DNA of 62,969 bases, the filler included, from Octopus bimaculoides (Eukaryota), in NCBI RefSeq assembly GCF_001194135.2. It is 5 parts of 5 records of this genome, joined end to end, with 100 filler letters (N's around TTAATTAATTAA, not from the genome) between each part and the next. Parts side by side here need not be neighbours in the genome. Positions count along the whole stretch, not along the records: positions 1 to 21,497 come from NC_068982.1; positions 21,598 to 43,524 come from NC_068987.1; 3 more parts are not named here. One strand, 5' to 3'. The position numbers and the translations under genes were made by a program. This document shows positions 13,485 to 25,881 of this stretch, one piece after another; positions within the stretch are counted from its first letter, which is position 1, and the number at the start of each line of letters is the position of its first letter. The notes beneath the pieces are model-generated. The model was not told where the DNA came from. It saw only the letters and a program-made list of their open reading frames with translations, and did no database searches.

Positions 13485-13675
13485 GTTTCAGTCATTTGAG
13501 TGCGGCCATGCTGGAGCACCGCCTTATTAGTCGAACAAATTGAGCCCAGGACTTAATCTTTGTAAGCCTAGTACTTATTCTAGCGGTCTCTTTTGCCGAA
13601 CCGCTTGGTTAGTGGAACGTAAACACACCAACATCGTTGTCAAATGATGGTAGGGGGACAAACACAGACACATAA
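13485..13675 (-). mobile_element. SINE family B (CORE-type, OR2-like), 3' half
   Basis: Reverse complement of the GTGTCTGTGTTTGTCCCC...CGGTTCGGCAAAAGAGACC...AATAAGTACTAGGCTTAC...GGCGGTGCTCCAGCATGGCCGCA..CAAATGACTGAAAC segment seen complete at 44948-45333. Confidence 0.85.
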
Positions 13676-13795
13676 CCATATACATATACTTATATNNNNN
13701 NNNNNNNNNNNNNNNNNNNNNNNNNNNNNNNNNNNNNNNNNNNNNNNNNNNNNNNNNNNNNNNNNNNNNNNNNNNNNNNNNNNNNNNNNNNNNNN

Positions 13796-13837
<42 letters not shown>

Positions 13838-14302
13838 CATTACCAATTGAAGTTTTAGATTCTTTTGACTGGCTATCTACTCAATTATATAGCTTGGAGA
13901 GAAAAAGCATTTTCTATGTATGTATATGAGTATGTATTTATGATGTATAAATGTATGTGTGCATGTATGTTTATATATATGCATGTATACATGTACCCTT
14001 ACCTACGCACATACTCACACACATAATGTATTACGTTGTAGGTCATCTTGTATGTATTTGTGTGTGTGTGTGTGTGTATATATATACTACTACTACTACT
14101 GCTACTACTACTACTATATATATATATATATGTATGAACCTATGCACATGCATTTCTATTAATACATACGTGTGTGTGTATGTGTTGTATGTATGTGCAT
14201 TCATCCATATATATTTATGCATATACATATGCATGTGCACATATACACTTGGGTATAGGCATCGACAGCATTTCATTCGTGTATCGAATTCCATGCTGAA
14301 CC

Positions 14303-15145
14303 TTATGAATGTTTTATATATTTTGACATACCTGGGGCTGTTTCAAGGTGTAATCTTCTAATTAGATATATTTTTCCTGTCTTTGTGACCTCCAGCTTCT
14401 CAGCATTGGTAGTGGGACAGTTTGTCACGGAATCAAGTGCTCCAATAGTTATTGCTAGACATCGAAACTTAAATTCAGAATGGAAGAACTACAAATCTCT
14501 TATCGGTTTGGCATAGATGGTCTCTCATCTTCAGCGTTATGTTGACATCAGCTGGGAAACTGATTCCAAGTTCTTTGCACCGTTTCTTTTCTAAAACCCA
14601 GACCTTTACATCTGCTATGTTTAACTTGCATTTTATTGAAATCTTGATAGAGACATTCCAACAGGATTCTTTCGTAAATTATGCCCTTTACATCGTTTTA
14701 TATAGCTTCTTATGTATCTGTCTCGTCTGGATTATGCCGTGTACGGATTTCACCATATATCGCTCTAGCCACGACACCATGTTTCATTGGTAGGTAACAT
14801 TGAGAGGACATTTTCGGGCAGCTACTTATAATGCGTGTAACATCTTCAGTATTGTTTCTACAAAGCTTGCAACAGTTGTGACATCAAGATGGTTTACCTG
14901 TATCCCTGTCTTTACTTTTTGTACAACAAAATTTTTGTGATTATTTCATGATCCTGTATTCCAAAGCAGGTCCTTCTAAGAGCTAATATCCCAGTTGTGA
15001 GTCCAAGATTGATTATTCTAGTTGTTAATGTGTTTGTCATTTTGAAAACCTCTGTAAAAGATAGCCATATGTGGCCTTTAACCGCTATGAATGCAGCATC
15101 ACTGATGATTTGCTGCTGTAGAGTTCTACAAGTCCTTTGGATGCA
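14303..15145 (-). pseudogene. Decayed RLE non-LTR retrotransposon (R4-like) C-terminal region: zinc knuckle and endonuclease
   Basis: Manual minus-strand translation gives FGIQDHEIITKILL, then CKLCRNNTEDVTRIISSCPKMSSQCYLPMKHGVVARAIY (CxxC...HxxxxC knuckle with H>R, and RH>KH), then ISFPADVNI, then AITIGALDSV...GMSKYIKHS*. Several stops and frameshifts. Confidence 0.8.
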
Positions 15146-15364
15146 CAAGGGGGTATTGAAAAGTTCCTGGCTTTAAGGGTATTGCGAAAGGCATGGTCGG
15201 AGGCCCAACCTTCCGAGTTCTTTTACAGGGATTAGAAAAACTGAAGGACTGCTGCCATAAGTGTGTGAATCTGTGAGGGGAATATGCTGAATAAAATCAT
15301 AATTAACTGATTGTCCTGTATTTTCTTTTACTCAAATCCAGGAACTTTTCAGCACCTCTTTGTG
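15146..15364 (+). mobile_element. Mariner-derived miniature element (~220 bp)
   Basis: Imperfect TIRs (GGGGGTATTGAAAAGTTCCTGGCTTT ... AAATCCAGGAACTTTTCAGCACCTC). Internal remnant LEKLKDCCHKCVNL*GEYAE* matches the mariner transposase C-terminus (G..KL..RW.KC....G.Y.E). Sister copy at 52839-53051. Confidence 0.85.
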
Positions 15365-16539
15365 TACTCCTGGTCATCAGTCAGGGAATTCTTTCTCAGA
15401 ATCTCCTTCCCAACTCCAATGATGTAAGCTACCTCTTGTATGCAGACTTAATCTAAGGCAGGATTTCGACGTTTAGTGGTTGGTAGATTTTGGACGTATG
15501 TATGTATATAGCTATGTATGTTTCCTTTGAGATTTATTTAAGTTCTTCATAATATTCAAGACGGTCGCTAACAAAGTGACAAGATTTTTTAAGCTAAGAC
15601 AGTTGCCAGCGTTTGTAAATATCTGATTGACTTACCCTGCGCATATATGCAGCGGCAATTATGATCTGTGAGAATATATCTCTTTAGTAATTAGGTTCTT
15701 GAATGCGTTGCGTGCGTGTGCTTGTGTTTGTGTGCATAATTACTATTTATATATGCGTCTCTGTAGATGCACACAACCAAGTATTTGCATAAATTCATTT
15801 AATGAAACTCAAATAGAGATAGAGAATCTTTGGAATGTCTTATAAACTTTCACTGTGACGCTAATAGATTGGATTCAAAGGATGCTCGTCAGTTTCTTTT
15901 GCACGTCTTTTGAAAATCCGAGCAGTGAGTCCTACTTGTCGGATTACTCTATAAGCAGTGCACCTGCAGGAAAACCCTATTTTTTCCCCCATACATAAGG
16001 TATACTTCAAGTGTGAAAACACCCCTGACCACTTAATAACAACACAGCCCTGGCAATATACATCCAAATACCCCCAAAAATTGATTTCCTGTAATTAGCG
16101 CCTACCATCTCTTGCTCTCCTCAAGGACTTAGGGATAAATTTTGATCTGTGAAAACACAATATTGTATCTCTCATTCCTTACAGAATTAAAAACTCTTAC
16201 CCCATCAATTCTCATTTCACATCTCAAATGTGTGAGATGACCACTACCAACAACAGTTATCTCCATCAACTTGATTTTCTCTCCTTCCTTCATGAACCTC
16301 ACAAAATCAGATCAACTGAAGGCCTACTCTTATATGTCAACTCACCAACGGATTGTCGCCCGAAAGAAATTTCTTAAAAACTGTGTCGCTGCCCTCGATA
16401 TTTACAAAGTTTGCCTCTGACGCGCAGATCTTCTAATCAAACCACTTAAATAGAAAAGAAATGTTCCTTTGTATGTCATATTTCCCGCCAGCGGAATGGT
16501 CATGGCTAGACTACTTTGATCATAAGTGTGCTCCGTCAG

Positions 16540-16674
16540 ATTTCAGTTGGACATTAACATAAGCAACAACAGAACCAACAATACAATCTACAATAACAAG
16601 AACATCATATGGCAACCTTACAACAAAAACAAGCTGTTGCTGCTGGCTAATACTACGACCCACCGCCACCACCT

Positions 16675-16765
<91 letters not shown>

Positions 16766-16985
16766 ACAACGATTGTATAATCCGCAACGGCAACACAAAC
16801 TTTGACAGCAATATCTCAACCTGCAACAGCAACACAACAACCGCTAACACCTCTACCATCACCTGTGCCACCACCAACGTGATAACAGCAACAACAACAA
16901 CCCAGTGCAATTACATAACTTGTAACAACAATATACAATACAACACCAACAACAACAAATGCAGCAGCAGTCAACGAAGAAAACG
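16540..16985. repeat. Compound trinucleotide tract (CAA-rich, CAC, TAC, TAA)
   Basis: Direct reading. Confidence 0.9.
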
Positions 16986-17468
16986 AGATTTGCGTGATGC
17001 AATCAGTGTTTCATGTGGAATATACAATTATATATATATATGTGTATATATATATANNNNNNNNNNNNNNNNNNNNNNNNNNNNNNNNNNNNNNNNNNNN
17101 NNNNNNNNNNNNNNNNNNNNNNNNNNNNNNNNNNNNNNNNNNNNNNNNNNNNNNNNNNNNNNNNNNNNNNNNNNNNNNNNNNNNNNNNNNNNNNNNNNNN
17201 NNNNNNNNNNNNNNNNNNNNNNNNNNNNNNNNNNNNNNNNNNNNNNNNNNNNNNNNNNNNNNNNNNNNNNNNNNNNNNNNNNNNNNNNNNNNNNNNNNNN
17301 NNNNNNNNNNNNNNNNNNNNNNNNNNNNNNNNNNNNNNNNNNNNNNNNNNNNNNNNNNNNNNNNNNNNNNNNNNNNNNNNNNNNNNNNTATATTTACATA
17401 TATATACAAAGAGAGAGAGAGGTGTGTATGCATGCGTGCTTGCCTCTGTGTGTGTGTGTGTGTTTGTT

Positions 17469-17519
<51 letters not shown>

Positions 17520-17759
17520 CCTGAAGTAATTAGCTAAACCCAGCATGTATATAATGAAGGTTGACGTAGAAATAACGGTAAATGATGACATCTCGCAGAC
17601 AGTGAAGAAAGTAGTTGCATGGTGAGAGGAGAACAGACATGGAGAAGAGTAGACATCTTGGAAAGATGGCGAGCGTGGTGGTGGGGAATGGGGATAGAGA
17701 CACGGAACATAGTCGTAACAATCTCTTCGATATTTGTGATTTGGAGTTTGAATTTCTGT

Positions 17760-18184
17760 TATGAAGATACAACAGCATCAACAACAGTAGCAATCATCAT
17801 CATCGTCGTCGTCGTCGTCTTCAACACCATCACCATTATCATCGTCGTCGTTGTCGTCTTCATTATTATCATCATCATCAAATTCATCATCATCGTCATC
17901 ATCAGCATCAGCATCATGCTCTTTCTCCTCATCATCGTCATCATCAACATAATCATAATCGTTATCATTATCATCATCAGCAGCAGCAGCTTCAACATCA
18001 TCAACTTCATCATCATTCTTATCGTTGTCGTCATCATTATTATCATCATATTCATCATCATCCCCATGATCATCAACATGATCATCGTCAGCTTAATCAT
18101 CATTCTCATTCATCGTCATTGTCATCATCCTAATCCTCATCATGTTCATCATCATCATCATCATGAACTTCATCATCATCATCA

Positions 18185-18231
<47 letters not shown>

Positions 18232-18370
18232 NNNNNNNNNNNNNNNNNNNNNNNNNNNNNNNNNNNNNNNNNNNNNNNNNNNNNNNNNNNNNNNNGTCGT
18301 CGTCGTCGTCATCGTTGTCGTCGTCGTTGTCGTCGTCGTTGTCGTCGTCATCATCATTATCATCATCAAC
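17760..18370. repeat. Compound trinucleotide tract (ATC/GTC/AGC)
   Basis: Direct reading; spans a 64-N gap. Confidence 0.9.
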
Positions 18371-18375
18371 TACAT

Positions 18376-18569
18376 TGTGGCAAGCTGGTAGAACAATTAG
18401 CACTCCGAACAAACTGCTTTAGTGGCATTTCGTCCGCTTTTATGCTCTTGGCCCAAGTTCCGCTGAGGTCGACCTTGCGTTTTGGGGATCGATAAAATAA
18501 GTACCAGTCAAGTACTGGGGAAGATGCAATCGACTAATCCGCTCTATCAAAATTTTATGTTTTCAGCCT

Positions 18570-18623
<54 letters not shown>

Positions 18624-18830
18624 AATTGGTCAGCTGCCAGAATCCTTAGTGCGTTGGGCACAATGTTTAGCAACATTTCTTCCGAGTTTCTATGTTCTGA
18701 GTTCAAATTTTGCTGAGGCCGACTATGTCTTTCACCTTATTGGGGGCGATAAAATAAAGTACCTCTTGACCACTGGGATCAACTGTCATCACTCCCCTAT
18801 GAACTTCTGGCCTTGTGCCACCGAACACTT
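18376..18830 (+). mobile_element. Two degenerate SINE family A copies in tandem, separated by (TAG)n
   Basis: 18376-18570 (GTGGCAAGCTGGTAGAACAATTAGCA...GAGGTCGACC...GATAAAATAAGTACCAG) and 18625-18830 (...GTTCTGAGTTCAAATTTTGCTGAGG...CTGGCCTTGTGCC). Confidence 0.75.
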
Positions 18831-19406
18831 GGTTTTGACTTCTACGTGTGAGTAGACCTATTTTCACCATACACGGTAGGACGATCGCTGCATCTGGAAA
18901 AGGTCACTTGTTTTCATCTGTAAGATTAACTCGGGAGCTGAGTGATTCCTCGTCATATTTTTGTACCATTTCATTTTGCATCATTTATGTAAGATTTCTT
19001 ATCCTCAATTCAGAGTAGATCGACCTGACTTTTTCTTACTTTGTCCTTTCAACTCCAAAGGAACCTAAAACAATTCTCAAAAGTGTAGTATATGTTGGGC
19101 AGTAATATTCGCCTACATGTATCGGATAAGTTTATGTCATGTGGTAACTATGTAGATATATGCCGAGAAAGTTGGGTTACATATTACAATGCCGAGTGTT
19201 GAATGTGTAGAATGTAAATATATTATTGGCTATCATTTGTATCGTTAATAAGTTGTGTGAGATTGTGTTCCAATAAAATGGCTACCATTTCTGTTAGAGT
19301 GTGCATTGTATCATCGTGTAATGATTGTGTAAAGTGAGTTGTTTGGTTTGCGTTGTTATATTTGGCTGTGATTAACGAATACGCAGAATATGTGTTGTGT
19401 ATTGTC

Positions 19407-19560
<154 letters not shown>

Positions 19561-20449
19561 TCGTTGTTAATAGATTTCGTGTAAAAACGATGGAAGGAAA
19601 ACACGAATATGCCTATTGTTTGTGAAATCCGGAAAAGTCAAACAAAAGTAGAACAATAGAAAAACCGACAGAATAGAATAAAAAAATAAGTATCTATATT
19701 GTATAACATTTGAAGACATTCCGGAGACGCCAGAGTAGCTTAAACAAGAGATCCACGCTAAAACATAACAGAGGATTTATAGATATATAAAAAAAAAAAA
19801 AAAGACAGAACACCAACGTGTTTGCGAAGAAACCAAACGTTTCACCCCAAACGTAAGACATGTCCTTTGAGTAAATAAACAAAAAATTGAGCTGAAAGAG
19901 ACAACAATAAAGAAATAAAAGATTTCTGGGGTTGGGATGGAGGAAAGATTAGTAGAAATATCAAAGGAACACACATATGGCACCCAGAATATAACAACGG
20001 TATATNNNNNNNNNNNNNNNNNNNNNNNNNNNNNNNNNNNNNNNNNNNNNNNNNNNNNNNNNNNNNNNNNNNNNNNNNNNNNNNNNNNNNNNNNNNNNNN
20101 NNNNNNNNNNNNNNNNNNNNNNNNNNNNNNNNNNNNNNNNNNNNNNNNNNNNNNNNNNNNNNNNNNNNNNNNNNNNNNNNNNNNNNNNNNNNNNNNNNNN
20201 NNNNNNNNNNNNNNNNNNNNNNNNNNNNNNNNNNNNNNNNNNNNNNNNNNNNNNNNNNNNNNNNNNNNNNNNNNNNNNNNNNNNNNNNNNNNNNNNNNNN
20301 NNNNNNNNNNNNNNNNNNNNNNNNNNNNNNNNNNNNNNNNNNNNNNNNNNNNNNNNNNNNNNNNNNNNNNNNNNNNNNNNNNNNNNNNNNNNNNNNNNNN
20401 NNNNNNNNNNNNNNNNNNNNNNNNNNNNNNNNNNNNNNNNNNNNNTATT

Positions 20450-20501
<52 letters not shown>

Positions 20502-21497
20502 TGTATGCACATATGCATATATGTATGTACGTACGTATGTAACACGTCTATCGCCAGATAATTTTATGAAAATAAAGAACTTAAAAGAAGAGTAATTTTA
20601 TAAAAGTAGGAATTAGTAGCAAGACAGAAGTTTAAATGAACGAAGATACCTATTGCGAGATTTGAACAATTTCAGCATTCAGCATTATGTGTGTGTAGAT
20701 AGATATATAGATATACATACTATTCTATATTTTTGAGATGAGGAATTATGTACGTTATTTACAATGGGCGGATAGGTATCCTCACCTGGTTTCATCTTAA
20801 TAATTACGATGCGCACTCTTATTCTGTCTCTTTTCTGTCTATATATCTCCCCCTCTTGTTCTTCCTTTCTGTTTTTTCTCCCACCCTTTGCCTATTCTTC
20901 TCCTCTCCCCTTCACCATCCCTCCCCCCTTTCTCTATCACACTTTCTCTTTGACTCTCTCGTTGATCACCGCCATTCTCTCTTTCTTCCACTTCGTTCCT
21001 AAAGACAAGACGTGCTTTTATCTGTCTCTTCTCAAAGCTCGTTTTTCCAGCGTTCACCACTTCACCTCATTTCGGCTTAACAACCCTCACCGTTTGTTTT
21101 TACTGTTTTGTTCTCACTGTCCTGTTTTTGTTACTACTTTCATCCTCCGCAAAAAATCCCAAATTTGATTTAATTTGCTTTGCGGGAACGACTGTTTTAA
21201 CGAACTCTCTTCTTATCCTTACCTTTGAAACTCGGAGTAGATAAAACAGGGAACAACTGATGAAGGGAATGTTCTTTATGCTGCATGTCTCGTTTCTCTC
21301 TTTGTTTTTTTCGTTGTTCGAAAAAAAGTTCGTTTTCTATGTTTTTTGTTTTTATGTTCTCGTTCTCATTCTGTCCACGTTTTTTTTAATGTTCTGTACC
21401 CATATATGCATGTATATATATATATATACATATGTACGTAGGTATGTACATATATGTATGCATATATGCATATATTTATATATCATTTATATTATAC

Positions 21498-21597
21498 NNN
21501 NNNNNNNNNNNNNNNNNNNNNNNNNNNNNNNNNNNNNNNNNTTAATTAATTAANNNNNNNNNNNNNNNNNNNNNNNNNNNNNNNNNNNNNNNNNNNN
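21498..21597. other. Artificial scaffold join: 44 N + TTAATTAATTAA + 44 N
   Basis: Exactly 100 bp; the 12-mer has stops in all six frames; identical geometry at four sites. Confidence 0.92.
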
Positions 21598-21782
21598 TTT
21601 TAAAGCAAACATAATTTTCTTATCACTTGAACAAAACTGTACAAATCCAAATATATGGTACCCTAGGCATAACACCTACATGAACTTCTAACTTGTTGTC
21701 TCTTGAGGTCTCTGGGTGAGACTTGGATCCAACTTGTACAAATGCAAAACTTGTACAAATGCAATACAAATGTCAAACATAA

Positions 21783-21838
<56 letters not shown>
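21598..21838 (+). mobile_element. R4/Dong-like element 3'UTR with (TAA)n tail (second copy)
   Basis: Near-identical to the reverse complement of 2642-2825 (TTTAAAGCAAACATAATTTTCTTAT...GGTACCCTAGGCATAACACC...GAGACTTGGATCCAACTTGTACAAATGCAAAAC...CAAACATAAAATAATAA). It has a short internal duplication and is cut on the left by the scaffold join. Confidence 0.88.
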
Positions 21839-21841
<3 letters not shown>

Positions 21842-22559
21842 TAATCTTTTCTACTCTATGCACAAGGCCCGAAATTTAATAATAATGATATTATAATTCT
21901 GCTTGTTCCTTCCTTAGTTAGTTCGTCCGTTCGTTACGCTCTTTATATAATATACAGAGAGGTAATGAGAGAGAAGGATACAGAGTCAGAAGGAGAGGGA
22001 AAGGGAGAGAGAGAGCGTGGTGATAGAAAGTGTGTGTGTGTGAAACAGAAGACAATTAGATAGATAAATACACCGACACATTGTTAAATCTAAGAGAAAT
22101 AACCACAGTAAATTTTCGATATTATTTTAACTTTTCGATACAGAGGAGGGACAGAGAGGTAGTGAGAGAGAAAAATTCAGAGAGGAAGAGGTAGAGAGAG
22201 ATTGGTGAGAGAAAGTGTGTGTGTGTCTGTGTGTGTGAATTGTGACATTCTCTGTGTGTTTATATATATATATATATAGATAGATAGATAGACACACATC
22301 TATATACATATCTATACATACATGTATAGATATGTGTAAACTGCAAACTGGGGATGGGATTTTTATCTATATATCTAATGAGACAAATTTTGAAATTGAA
22401 ATCAAATGTTATTCAAGCGTAATCTGCTTCGGACAAATATATCTATCAAATAAAATAAATAAATAAAACAAATTTTGAAATGGAAAGAAAATGTAACTCA
22501 AAATGTGGAGATTTTTTTATTTTTTACAGGTGCCACTGACTTGCGTGGATGCGCACCTC

Positions 22560-22800
22560 CAGAAACAACGTGCGGTTGTCGTGGTAACAAGCTGTTAATG
22601 CCTAGCTGTATGTTGATGGGCTAAAATTACCCAAATTTTCAAGCTTTAATTCCAAATGACATTCTTAATTTACGAGATAACGTAATTACCTGAGAATAAT
22701 CATAATTCAGAACTGCATCGATACACCAAAACTGAAAACAATCTGAACAAAATTAAAGGGGGATGATTTAGCGAGTGAAATATAGAAGATCCGAATTGAC
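22560..22800 (+). mobile_element. Dispersed repeat (family H) upstream of the Helitron ORF
   Basis: Its reverse complement aligns with 36940-37175 (GGATCT...TCATCCCCC...ATCGATGCA..CTGAAT...GTCATTTGGAATTAAAG...CAGCTTGTTACCA(C/T)GACAAC). Confidence 0.8.
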
Positions 22801-22920
22801 TATAACAGACCATTTTTATCAATTTTTCCTTCGTACTCTGTATACATATTATCTTGTATTTCTTTTGTGCTTATAAACTGCATTCATCTTGAACCGACAA
22901 CAAAAACACGTAGCTGTTCG

Positions 22921-24040
22921 CGCGAGAATGAGGGAAGGGCAGAGGCAGGAAATCTAAGAGAGAGAGACAGGCAACGCCAGCAGCTGAGATGAGCGTCAAT
23001 GGAGGGTGAACAATGCGAGGAACACATGCAGCAAGATAGGAGAAGACAACAAATAAGACGAGAAAATATGAGTGAGGAAGAGCGCGCTCAGTATCACGAG
23101 GAGCAGAGAAACTTATCTCAGCAAGGGAGAGAAAATATGAATGAGTAACAGCGTACACAGTACCACGAGCAGCAGAGAAACTTATTTCAGCAAAGAGTAG
23201 AGAACATGAATCGATATGAGAGGGCTATTTATCAGCAAAACCAAAGGAGAAGATATCGAGAAAGTGTTCAAAATATGAATGCTGGTGAAATTGACAATTT
23301 AAGGAGGCATCAGATGCAGCGACAGCGTGTGAGAAGACATACGTCAGTGCAGAACAGAGTTATTGCTCATGAATTTGAACAATTTGACATAAGAGAACTG
23401 AACATTATGTGTGAACACTGTGGTGCGCTTAGGTTTAGAAATGAAAATAACAGTTGTTGTCACAATGGAAAAGTGAACGTGCCTGCATTGCAGCCATATC
23501 CAGAGATACTAAAAATTTTATTTGAGGGAAACGATCAAGAGTCCGTTTCAGTCCGTAGAAATTACAATTGTACCTTCTCCTTTGGGTCATTTGGAGTCAA
23601 ACTGGCAGCCTCTCCAGGAAGGGGTCCGTATTGCTTCCGCATTCGGGGCCAAACTTATCACACGACGACAAATCTGCATCCTGCTAATGATCAACCGCAA
23701 TACGGCCAGTTATACATCATTGATGCGGATGAAGCTCTGCAGTAAAGGATGGATGCGCCTCCAAATTCTGAGTATTCCCATGTCACTATGAGAAAAATAA
23801 GCGATGTTATCCACGAAATTAATCCTTATACCGAATTGTACATGAACATGCATGCAATTGAACAACAAGAAGAGGAGAGAGCCAGAGGAGACAATGTTCT
23901 AATACGGAGATGTGAGTTACACTTCAGGAGAGGGTCCGATATCAGGCGCTACAATTTCCCCACCAGCAAAGAAATAGCAGCAGTGTTTGTTGGAGAATAG
24001 AGACATTATTGTGTATCCCAGAGATGCTCCTCCTGAAAAA

Positions 24041-24042
<2 letters not shown>
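22921..24042 (+). pseudogene. Helitron RepHel N-terminal fragment (23-aa repeats, Zn-binding CxxC/CC motif, helitron-N region)
   Basis: One frame from 22921 with 3 in-frame stops. Six 69-nt repeats precede MCEHCGALRFRNENNSCCHNGKV...NYNCTFSFGSFG...GPYCFRIRGQTYH..NLHP...PQYGQLYIID...INPY...EIAAVFVGE, then a frameshifted NRDIIVYPRD. These are conserved Helitron motifs. It ends at (GAA)n, 24043-24127. Confidence 0.9.
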
Positions 24043-24071
<29 letters not shown>

Positions 24072-24798
24072 AAGAAGAAGAAGAAGAAGAAGAAGAAGAA
24101 GAAGAAGAAGAAGAAGAAGAAGAAGAATTCAACCTCGCATAGCCATACAAAAACATGAACACCTGATCACACTAAAGCACACATATCCAGATGTATGAAC
24201 GCATGTTCACTCACTACTAAATGCTCATACACAAATATGCACTAAGCACACACATTTATTAATATTTATTAATACATGTTCACAGACTAAGCACAAAATT
24301 ATACAGATACTCACGTGCTAAAATACATATGTACATATACGTAAACACTTTCATACACATAACACATATAATTAGTGAAATAAATGTAACACATCAAACA
24401 CCTGTATAGACATGGAGATACGTTTACACATTACGCTCTCGTAAACATATACGTGAACGCACATACGTAAACACAGCAACACACCACAAGCGAGCCAATG
24501 CAGTTACGCAAACATGTTCACGTATTAAACACACTTATGCATATATAAAGCTAGGTGATATGAATGCAGATATGAATGATGGAAGCTACACATTTTAATA
24601 TCCTACATGCGTTTGTCATTCTTATAGATTGAATATGCACGCATGCATACATACACTCGAACACGCTAATACATAATGGCAGAAGAATATTGAATGCATA
24701 TATTCGATTTTATATGTATGTATGCATGTATGCACTTACGTATGCATGTATATGTGTGTGTGAATATACGTAATTATGTATGCATTCATGTATATGTA

Positions 24799-24879
<81 letters not shown>

Positions 24880-24968
24880 TATACACACATGCATATACAG
24901 GCATGCATATACAATATATGTATATATATGCATTCGAACAGATGCGTACAACTCCACCAAGTCTTCCT

Positions 24969-25004
<36 letters not shown>

Positions 25005-25199
25005 ACACACACGTCTTTTATTTAAGTTTTTGATGCTTCCACACACATATAAAAAAGCTACATCGACAGACCGACAGACCGACAGGCATAGCAACGCTCT
25101 CACTTCCATAATAAAACGTATGTATGCAACCTGTTGTAAGTATTGACCAATCACTATTTGAACCATTTTAGGCTTCGACCACACTTCATCCCCTACTGG

Positions 25200-25840
25200 T
25201 TCCAACCTACTGCTCCTGAATATATTCACCTAGCACCAACACGCGCGCTTGCGCGTTTCTATGCACGCTTACCATCACCACAGCCATCGCTTCATCACCC
25301 TCATATTATTACTAGTTCCGCCAGCCCACCGAGAAACTTAAATAGATCATCCCCATCGTCAACCTCATCTCTTCATCGCAACTACAACCCTCCTAGATCA
25401 ACGACATCCACTTGATCAACCTTATTGTGAACCCCCTTCTTTTGCTAACACCGCTTACATCACCCCCCGCCATGGATACTGCACCAATACCACCATCACA
25501 CAATGTATTGCTCTTTCGACACTCCCATCTGCTGATCATCAGTATATCAATCCATTACCACTCCTATTACCACCACCACTACTGACAACAATATCAAAAA
25601 CAACAACACCAACCTTGCGACCACTGCTACCACTATCCGAGCAGCATCTTCAATCCCATACACACTCATTACCCCTACATCACTCCGTCACTCCAACTCT
25701 CCATCACACCACCGGTCCGTCACTTCAGTATTCAAGCACTCCGGCACCTTTCTCCCCCCCCCCACTCACTCACGCCCAACTCCTTCATCATATCCCTCCT
25801 TCACATCGCTGCCATCACGCCATCTGTCCCAACACACACA

Positions 25841-25881
<41 letters not shown>

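Noticed and set aside
21542-21553. TTAATTAATTAA as PacI or homeodomain sites (four occurrences)
   Set aside because: Always centred in a 100-bp N block; it is an assembly linker.
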